This document shows positions 27,104 to 33,643 of a DNA stretch of 33,643 nt, piece after piece. The stretch's first letter is position 1. Every line of letters starts with the position of its first letter. The stretch lies in contig CAXBNH010000001.1 in assembly GCA_963976905.1 (NCBI GenBank), positions 1 through 33,643 on the forward strand, read 5' to 3'. This stretch comes from an uncultured Algibacter sp. Its GTDB lineage: Bacteria; Bacteroidota; Bacteroidia; Flavobacteriales; Flavobacteriaceae. A program made the translations under genes and the position numbers. The notes under the pieces are model-generated. The model was not told the origin of the DNA and did no database searches. It was given only the letters and a program-made list of their open reading frames with translations.

Positions 27104-27937
27104 TTATCTCCACTCCTTATTCGTAAACACCAAATCTGTATCCTTTATCAATTTAGGTTTTCGCTGTAAATCATCAAACGAAATTTTCGTTCCGTCTATT
27201 TTGTAAATGTATCTATATGCTTTGACATCGTTATATAAATTTGAAAATTCTTTTTGGATGCGACGTTTAAAAAATGAAAAACCAAACGTGTTTTCGAGGC
27301 GAATGAAGACTTTATTTAAAAAGCCAGACCTGATATGCTTGTGATATAAATTTTCAATTAAATAGGTGTAATGAAAAGACACATATAGCGTTGGATAGTT
27401 TACTTTCTTAAGGGCTTTTCCAATGGTTGGTAAAATTTTGAATTCCGCTCCTTCTACGTCCATTTTAATAAAATCTACATTGTGAATTTGTTCTTTTTCA
27501 AAAAAATCAAACAATGAAACCGCTTCTAGTTTTAATGAGGTTTCGGTGTCGCGCTTTCGTTCTAAAATACTACTCGACGATTTTCCATACGCTTCACGTG
27601 CAGATAGACGTAAGGTTTCTTTTTTGTCTGAAATAGCTGTCTTATATGTTTTTATTCTTTTAGCTATAGTAGGGTTTAAAAAAATATTCGTTTCCAATTC
27701 TTGAAAGCAAACAGGGTCAGGATCGAGTGCATGCACTTCTTTGGCTGTTTTTGCAGCATATAATGTCAAAACACCACTCCAAGAGCCAACGTCCAATACC
27801 ACTGATTTTTCATTAATAAAATAGTCAAAAATAGCGAATGTATGTGGTTCCCAATTACTGGAATTTATGTGTTTCCAATGCAGTTCGTTTTGTCCTGGAT
27901 CAATCTGGAATGTATGATTTTTTAGCCGAATTTGCAT
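27104..27937 (-). CDS. FkbM-family methyltransferase
   Basis: WEP.T, VLDVGSWSG, ALDPDP and FIKMDVEGAE. Confidence 0.92.
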   Translation of the reverse strand: MQIRLKNHTFQIDPGQNELHWKHINSSNWEPHTFAIFDYFINEKSVVLDVGSWSGVLTLYAAKTAKEVHALDPDPVCFQELETNIFLNPTIAKRIKTYKTAISDKKETLRLSAREAYGKSSSSILERKRDTETSLKLEAVSLFDFFEKEQIHNVDFIKMDVEGAEFKILPTIGKALKKVNYPTLYVSFHYTYLIENLYHKHIRSGFLNKVFIRLENTFGFSFFKRRIQKEFSNLYNDVKAYRYIYKIDGTKISFDDLQRKPKLIKDTDLVFTNKEWR

Positions 27938-27939
27938 GT

Positions 27940-28866
27940 TTAAAAAGTGTCTAAGTCTGAGTAATTAAATTTAAAGTCTTTTAAATCGATATTCTTTTCA
28001 AAAGGTAAATATCCAACATGCCAAGATTTTTTGGGCACAGCAATTGTTTTTAATTGTTTGGCTAAGTTTGTTTTTGGACCTACTTGAAACAGTATTTCTG
28101 AAATTCCGAAGAAAAAGGCTTTGTGCCTTAATTTTTTTATTCCTTTTTGTAACGCAACTCCAGATGGTGCAAAAAACAATCCAACATGCATGATTGCTTC
28201 AATTTTTACCCAAAACACACAATTTTCTACTTCAATACAATAATGATTTTTATAGCGATTTTTATATGCAAAAAAATTAGGGGTACAAATTTGTTGAAAT
28301 TTATCTTTGTGGTCACTTGTTAATTTAGTAATTGCTTCTTGTGATACATTTTTATTTAAAAACAAAAAGTATAAATTATTTATATGTAGTTTGTTAAGTA
28401 CTTTTGCTAATGGAAATGTATTCACTTTTATATGAAATCGTAGCATGTTAAAATGCGAATGCCAATCTAATTTTTTGGTGCTATAAAATGAATTTTCATT
28501 TAAAAATGCATACACGCAAGTTATACCTTGCTTTTGCATGATTTCATAAGAAAGTTTAGCCAATTCAAAATGCAATCCTTTTCCTTGATGAGCTTTCAAA
28601 GTAGAAGAATCGCAGGCTTGTGCTATGATGATTTTTTGATTATGTTTTTTAAATTTTTGTAAAATCGCACCATAAAATGCGACAGGGATTTCATTTTCGT
28701 AGGCAATTGTACTAACATATTCTAACCCAAGATGTGAAACATCATATTTATGTTTCAATGATAAAATGGAACTCTTTTTTTGAAACACTTTCCAAAGCAA
28801 TTCTTGTAACGCAGGAAAGTCAATCTCTTCCAGTTGTTTTAAGCGATATGTGTTTTTGTAGAACAT
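27940..28866 (-). CDS. GNAT-family N-acyltransferase
   Basis: AQACDSSTLKAHQGKGL (acyl-CoA binding motif A) and VYAFLNENS. Confidence 0.8.
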   Translation of the reverse strand: MFYKNTYRLKQLEEIDFPALQELLWKVFQKKSSILSLKHKYDVSHLGLEYVSTIAYENEIPVAFYGAILQKFKKHNQKIIIAQACDSSTLKAHQGKGLHFELAKLSYEIMQKQGITCVYAFLNENSFYSTKKLDWHSHFNMLRFHIKVNTFPLAKVLNKLHINNLYFLFLNKNVSQEAITKLTSDHKDKFQQICTPNFFAYKNRYKNHYCIEVENCVFWVKIEAIMHVGLFFAPSGVALQKGIKKLRHKAFFFGISEILFQVGPKTNLAKQLKTIAVPKKSWHVGYLPFEKNIDLKDFKFNYSDLDTF

Positions 28867-28869
28867 ACG

Positions 28870-29862
28870 CTAAAAGTAAGAACCTTTTAATAAATACGCC
28901 AATTGTTGTTCCAATGAAATGTATGGATTTATCACAAAACGATTTTTCCATGCTTCATTTTTGGCGTCTGCTTTTGTATTGTAATCAACTAATAATAAGC
29001 GTTCAAAACCAATCTCTTGACAATAATTAGCAATTTCTTTGTTGTAATATCCAAATGGAAAAGCAAATTCAGTAATTGTTTGTTCACAGATACTTTCAAG
29101 TTCATGCTTGCTGTTTAAAATTTCACGTTTAGCTTCTTCCAAAGGAATATCAATCAAACTTGCGTGTGTTTCGCTATGTGAACCAATGGTAAATAAAGGA
29201 TTTTTAGCAATTTCTTTAATTTGCGTTGTGTCCATGAGTTTCCAATAATCCTCATATTCTTCTGTTGGCAAGTCATTCCAATCGTCTTTAAAAACGTCAT
29301 AGATTAATTTTAATGCATCGTATGGTAATGTTTTAGCAACATTTTTCATGGAAATCCCATTCAAAATAAATTCTCTTTTAATATTTTTTTGATACAAATC
29401 CCGTTCAAAAACAATTTCCTGTTTTTCGGTGTGATACGAAACTAAATCTAAAAAATCAGCCCATAAATACGGTGCTTTTTTATGGATTGTTGTAATATAA
29501 AAACACGCAGGAACATTGTATTTTTCCAAAACAGGAACTGCATATGTGTAATTATTCATATAACCATCATCAAAGGTAATTGCAATGTTTAAGGTGTTTT
29601 TTTTGAATTTTTTCTGATAGAAATCATCTAAAGAAAGGACATTGTAATGTGTAGTAATATACTTGATGAATTCTTCAAAGAATACTTTAGAAATGAAACG
29701 ACTATTGAATCGTGTTTCGCCTATGCGATCAATTCCGTGAAATAATAAAATACGCTCGCCATAGCGATCTTTCAACAGTAATTTTCCAAAACCAAGTTTG
29801 AATAAGATACTTTTTAATAATAATCCCAAACGATATTTAATGCGCATCCAAAGTATACTCAT
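28870..29862 (-). CDS. Polysaccharide deacetylase (CE4 / NodB homology)
   Basis: LLFHGI, ITFDDGY, GSHSETH and FAFPFG. The start is probably ATG 29862 (ATGA overlap with the upstream stop); the track gives 29883. Confidence 0.9.
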   Translation of the reverse strand: MSILWMRIKYRLGLLLKSILFKLGFGKLLLKDRYGERILLFHGIDRIGETRFNSRFISKVFFEEFIKYITTHYNVLSLDDFYQKKFKKNTLNIAITFDDGYMNNYTYAVPVLEKYNVPACFYITTIHKKAPYLWADFLDLVSYHTEKQEIVFERDLYQKNIKREFILNGISMKNVAKTLPYDALKLIYDVFKDDWNDLPTEEYEDYWKLMDTTQIKEIAKNPLFTIGSHSETHASLIDIPLEEAKREILNSKHELESICEQTITEFAFPFGYYNKEIANYCQEIGFERLLLVDYNTKADAKNEAWKNRFVINPYISLEQQLAYLLKGSYF

Positions 29863-31283
29863 TGAATTTGATATAATTTCCACCCTTTAGGATGCGTTTC
29901 TACTACTTTTAATTCGTAATGTTGCTCGATATATTCCCAGTTTAACATTGGGTTTTTATCCTCCCATTGTACTTTGTATTGTGGTGGATTAAACAAAATT
30001 AAATCATTTTTATAAAAGTTTTGATAGCGTTCCATGTACATGTTTTTATAATTAAAATCTAATCCACGACCTTGCATTGCTAAATCAACATCAAAACTAT
30101 ACAAGGTTGTTCCTTGATAGGGTTCAATCATGGTTGCAATTTCCTTTTCAATCAACGTGCGTGAAAATATGTGATGAAACGTCATGGCAAAAAATACAAC
30201 TTGTAGTCCGATACTTAGTATTCCAATAGGAATTATAAAATGTTTGATAAATTTTAAATTAATAAGCTTTTCGAAAGCGGGAAAGAGAAGTATCAATACT
30301 AATGGAAAGGCCAAACCGAGAATTCGTGGGTTTTGAAATGGAATTCCCGCCAAGAAAAAAATATACAGCGCAGTACAGATTATGAGTATTTTTTGATGAA
30401 AAGTAAAAAGCGATTTATAATCTTTTAAAGCTATAACACTTAATACACTTCCAATAAAGATAAAACCTGGGTGAAAAAACAGGTACAAGGTATAGATTAA
30501 ATTTGGAAACGGGTAAGACTGTGCCCCATCTTTAGTTGTATAACTTGATTTAAAATAATTTTCTGCCGACCAAACTTTTAAAAAGTAGTTGGAAGTCGCT
30601 TCAAATAAAGCGTTCCATTGAAAAATGATAAATGGAATGGAGACCACTAAACTTAATAGGATTGCGATAATAAACTGTTGTAATTCTTTTCGCTTAAAAA
30701 CCAAATACAGGGCATATATTATAATAGGAAACGTTATAATTAGCGAAGCATATCTTGTCATTAACGCACAAGTGGCAAAGATAAAAATAGGAGCTAAGTT
30801 TGTTTTTTGATAGTATGATTTAAAAAAGAAATAAAAGGATAACACTACAAAAACTAAGGTTAGCGAATCAGACATTACTATCAGACTCATTTTTAATAGA
30901 AATGGACAAAAAACGGCAAAAATTAATATGAATAAAAATGCAAATTTTGTATTTGGATAGAGTAATCTAATTGTTTTTAAAATATATATACAGGCTATGG
31001 AAAAACTTGTGCAACTAATCAATTGCAACGCCAACGCACTTCCGAAAACGAAACCGAGCAAACTTCCTAATACAGGATATAACACAGGCCAAAAATAATT
31101 CCCTGGATGTGAACCTGCTGATATGTATTCCTGTACAGCCTTTGTGTAGCGCAAATATTCATAGGAATCTTGACCGTACAAACCATCAAAACCTGAGAAC
31201 CTTAAGATAAATAAAAAAACGAATGGAATGCTAAAAAGCGTTAAATTCTCGTAAAAATAAATGGTAAGTTTTTGTAATTTCAA
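29859..31283 (-). CDS. GT-C fold membrane glycosyltransferase-like protein (ArnT/PMT-like)
   Basis: 474 aa polytopic protein with first-loop DGLYGQDSYEY, VMSD, TRYAS, QNPR and a soluble C-terminal domain. Confidence 0.75.
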   Translation of the reverse strand: MKLQKLTIYFYENLTLFSIPFVFLFILRFSGFDGLYGQDSYEYLRYTKAVQEYISAGSHPGNYFWPVLYPVLGSLLGFVFGSALALQLISCTSFSIACIYILKTIRLLYPNTKFAFLFILIFAVFCPFLLKMSLIVMSDSLTLVFVVLSFYFFFKSYYQKTNLAPIFIFATCALMTRYASLIITFPIIIYALYLVFKRKELQQFIIAILLSLVVSIPFIIFQWNALFEATSNYFLKVWSAENYFKSSYTTKDGAQSYPFPNLIYTLYLFFHPGFIFIGSVLSVIALKDYKSLFTFHQKILIICTALYIFFLAGIPFQNPRILGLAFPLVLILLFPAFEKLINLKFIKHFIIPIGILSIGLQVVFFAMTFHHIFSRTLIEKEIATMIEPYQGTTLYSFDVDLAMQGRGLDFNYKNMYMERYQNFYKNDLILFNPPQYKVQWEDKNPMLNWEYIEQHYELKVVETHPKGWKLYQIQ

Positions 31284-31381
31284 TGATGGTTTTATTTTGC
31301 GTAGATAAATATAGTTGTTAAATTGTCAAACGAAAAAAAATACTATTTTTTTTTACGTTTATGGATAATTAAGCCAAAACC

Positions 31382-32122
31382 ATGATTAATACTAAAAAAA
31401 TAATTGTAGTACTTCCTGCATACAATGCCTCAGAAACACTACAAAAAACCTATAATGAAATTCCTTTTGATATAGTGGATGAAGTGGTTTTGGTAGATGA
31501 TAATAGTACTGACAAAACGTTTAGCGTAGCCAAAGCTTTGGGAATTAAGCATATTTTAAAGCACGACGAAAATAAAGGTTATGGTGCAAATCAAAAAAGT
31601 TGTTATAAAAAGGCTTTGTCACTAGAAGCAGACATAGTTATTATGTTACATCCGGACTATCAATACACACCAAAATTGATTCATTCTATGGCGTATTTGA
31701 TTGCAAATGATGTGTATTCTGTTGTCATGGGATCACGAGTTTTAGGAAAGGGTGCTTTGCGTGGTGGCATGCCTATCTATAAATACATTGCAAATCGTTT
31801 TTTAACGTTATTTCAAAATATTCTTATAGGTCAAAAACTTTCCGAATATCACTCAGGTTTCAGGGCTTTTTCGAAAGAAGTTTTAAACGTATTGAGTTTG
31901 GAGCACAATTCAAACGATTTTATTTTTGATAATCAGATGTTGTGTCAAATCTTTAATAAAGGTTTTGAAATTGCTGAAATTACATGTCCGACAACTTATT
32001 CTAGCGAAAGTTCTTCCATCAATTTTAGACGAAGCATAACTTATGGTGTGGGTGTGCTTATGGTATCCATTCAATATTTTTTACATAAAAATAAATTATT
32101 GTCGTTTCAAATATTCAAATAG
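31382..32122 (+). CDS. Glycosyltransferase family 2 (polyprenol-phosphate sugar synthase / DPM1-like)
   Basis: VVLPAYN, LVDDNSTD, NKGYG, MLHPDYQY, GSR, SEYHSGFRA and FIFDNQ. Confidence 0.92.
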   Translation: MINTKKIIVVLPAYNASETLQKTYNEIPFDIVDEVVLVDDNSTDKTFSVAKALGIKHILKHDENKGYGANQKSCYKKALSLEADIVIMLHPDYQYTPKLIHSMAYLIANDVYSVVMGSRVLGKGALRGGMPIYKYIANRFLTLFQNILIGQKLSEYHSGFRAFSKEVLNVLSLEHNSNDFIFDNQMLCQIFNKGFEIAEITCPTTYSSESSSINFRRSITYGVGVLMVSIQYFLHKNKLLSFQIFK

Positions 32123-32160
32123 TCAGTACCTTTAACAAATAACAAAAATAATTACATATC

Positions 32161-33579
32161 TTGAAAAAGCATAAAATCCTTCTATATAATCCAATAGCCG
32201 TATTTTTTGACATGCCATTAGCCTTGTTGGCGATTGGCTCTGTTCTCGATCCAGAAAAATATGAAGTCATTATTGTTGATGGTCGTATAGATGAAAACCC
32301 TATGGAAACCATTAATAAGCATATTGGTGATGCCTTGTGCTTTGGAACTTCAGTTTTAACAGGAATGCCAATAAAAGATGCATTAAAAGTAACACAAGCA
32401 GTAAAAAAAAAGCGTAAAGATCTTCCTGTTGTTTGGGGTGGTTGGCATACTTCTTTGTTTCCAAAACAAACGTTGGTTGATGAAATTTGTATAGATGTTA
32501 CTGCACAAGGACAAGGCGAAGATACATTTAAGGAACTGGTAGAGGTGTATGCGACAACTGGCGATGTTTCTGAAGTAAAAGGAATTTGTTATAGAAATGA
32601 TAAAGGAGAAATTCTACAAAATCCACCACGTGTTATTGTAGCTATGGACACGTTTGCAGATATCAATTACGAATTGATTGAAGTTGAAAAATATTTTGAA
32701 AAAAAGGGAAGAAGACAATTGGATTATATTTCATCCACAGGATGCTATTTTAGATGTACGTTTTGTGCAGATCCATTCGTCTATAACAGAAAGTGGACAG
32801 CGATTTCTCCAGAAGTTATGGTTAATAAATTAGCCGCATTGCATGAGAAATATAAATTTACAGACGTAAATCTTCAAGACGAAACCTATTTTACGTATAG
32901 GGATCGTGTTATTGAAATTTCAGAACGGATTATAGAAAAAGGACTCAATTTTACCTGGGCAGCAACTATGCGTGCTGATCAAGGTTCGCGAATGACAGTG
33001 GAAGATTTCAAAATCTGTGCAAACTCTGGATTGCGAAGGTTGTTGATTGGTGTAGAATCTGGTTCGCAAGAAATGATGAATTGGCTCAAAAAAGACATTA
33101 AAATTGAACAGGTATTCTTGTGTGCTGAACGTTGTAAAGAATTAGGTATTACAGTACAATTTCCTTTTATAGTTGGTTTTCCTGAAGAAACAGATAAAAG
33201 TATTGAAGAAACTGTAAAAGTTGCGCTCGAATTAAATAGTATGCACCCCAACTTTCATACACCAATTTTTTACTTTAAACCATATCCAGGTACTACGATT
33301 ACTGACAATGTGATAAAAGGCGGGTATAAACTACCAGAAACGGTTCATGAATGGTCGGATTTTGATTTTGTAGGTTCGTCAGGCCCATGGGTAAGCGCAG
33401 AGAAATATGATTTTTTTGAGAAGTTTAAGTTTTATTTAAAGTTTGCATATTCCAATCAAAAAATAATTTACAAACCATTGCAATTATTGGCAAGATGGCG
33501 TTGTAAACACAAAAATTTCAGCATTCCTGTTGAGAAGAAGCTTGTAGACACGTTCTTCAAAAAACAACGGTTGGCATAA
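32161..33579 (+). CDS. Second cobalamin-binding-domain radical SAM protein
   Basis: MPLALL.IG, VVWGGWHTS, GQGE, CxxxCxxC as GCYFRCTFC, QDETYF, GVESGS and FIVGFPEE. Confidence 0.92.
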   Translation: MKKHKILLYNPIAVFFDMPLALLAIGSVLDPEKYEVIIVDGRIDENPMETINKHIGDALCFGTSVLTGMPIKDALKVTQAVKKKRKDLPVVWGGWHTSLFPKQTLVDEICIDVTAQGQGEDTFKELVEVYATTGDVSEVKGICYRNDKGEILQNPPRVIVAMDTFADINYELIEVEKYFEKKGRRQLDYISSTGCYFRCTFCADPFVYNRKWTAISPEVMVNKLAALHEKYKFTDVNLQDETYFTYRDRVIEISERIIEKGLNFTWAATMRADQGSRMTVEDFKICANSGLRRLLIGVESGSQEMMNWLKKDIKIEQVFLCAERCKELGITVQFPFIVGFPEETDKSIEETVKVALELNSMHPNFHTPIFYFKPYPGTTITDNVIKGGYKLPETVHEWSDFDFVGSSGPWVSAEKYDFFEKFKFYLKFAYSNQKIIYKPLQLLARWRCKHKNFSIPVEKKLVDTFFKKQRLA

Positions 33580-33643
33580 ATTAATATCCTTGATTGGTTT
33601 TATTGGTCTCAAAATTAGTTAAAACTATGTACTTTAGTGCATT

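Noticed and set aside
24864-32122. Nod-factor (lipochitooligosaccharide) pathway
   Set aside because: There is no NodC-like processive synthase; the GT2 is a short DPM1-like enzyme.
927-33251. Remaining short antisense or nested ORFs in the track (e.g. 927-1166, 2048-2398, 3560-3919, 9902-10225, 20553-20894, 21262-21564, 28734-29030, 32979-33251)
   Set aside because: They lie within or largely overlap well-supported longer genes and lack family motifs, so they are treated as shadow ORFs.
17355-33579. Hopanoid methylases (HpnP/HpnR) or BchE
   Set aside because: No squalene-hopene cyclase, hpn or bch genes are in the window, and the motifs only support the general B12 radical SAM class.
1-33643. 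tRNA, rRNA, integrase or att sites
   Set aside because: None are recognisable in the window.

Overview
AT-rich Bacteroidota (Flavobacteriaceae-like) DNA in three parts. (1) 1-4793: remnant of an integrative mobilizable element. It carries two excisionase-like HTH genes, a BT4734/VirE-N-like gene, a PriCT-2/DUF3987 primase-helicase-like gene, and a 'mobile mystery protein' A/B (XRE HTH + Fic) pair preceded by four 18-bp palindromic boxes at exact 33-bp spacing. It ends in a fused, truncated IS3-family left end. (2) 5007-8140: a minus-strand ilvE + fused 2-oxoacid dehydrogenase E1 alpha/beta operon, with an upstream small ORF. (3) 8941-33579: a ~25 kb multi-orientation cell-envelope glycan/glycolipid tailoring locus. 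It encodes a carbamoyltransferase, an SxtJ-like protein, an unannotated 52-aa DUF5989/SxtK-like peptide ending in FVYTLF, five membrane-anchored SGNH proteins, an AT3 acyltransferase plus a decayed partial copy, three SAM methyltransferases, two cobalamin-binding radical SAM enzymes, an amidohydrolase, a 2OG-Fe(II) oxygenase, a GNAT, a CE4 deacetylase, GT2, GT4, two GT-C glycosyltransferases and a flippase-like protein. The most interesting hypothesis is a DltX/PatC-like tyrosine-peptide relay that hands carbamoyl groups to extracytoplasmic SGNH enzymes without an MBOAT. Family calls come from motif recognition only; no database searches were run.
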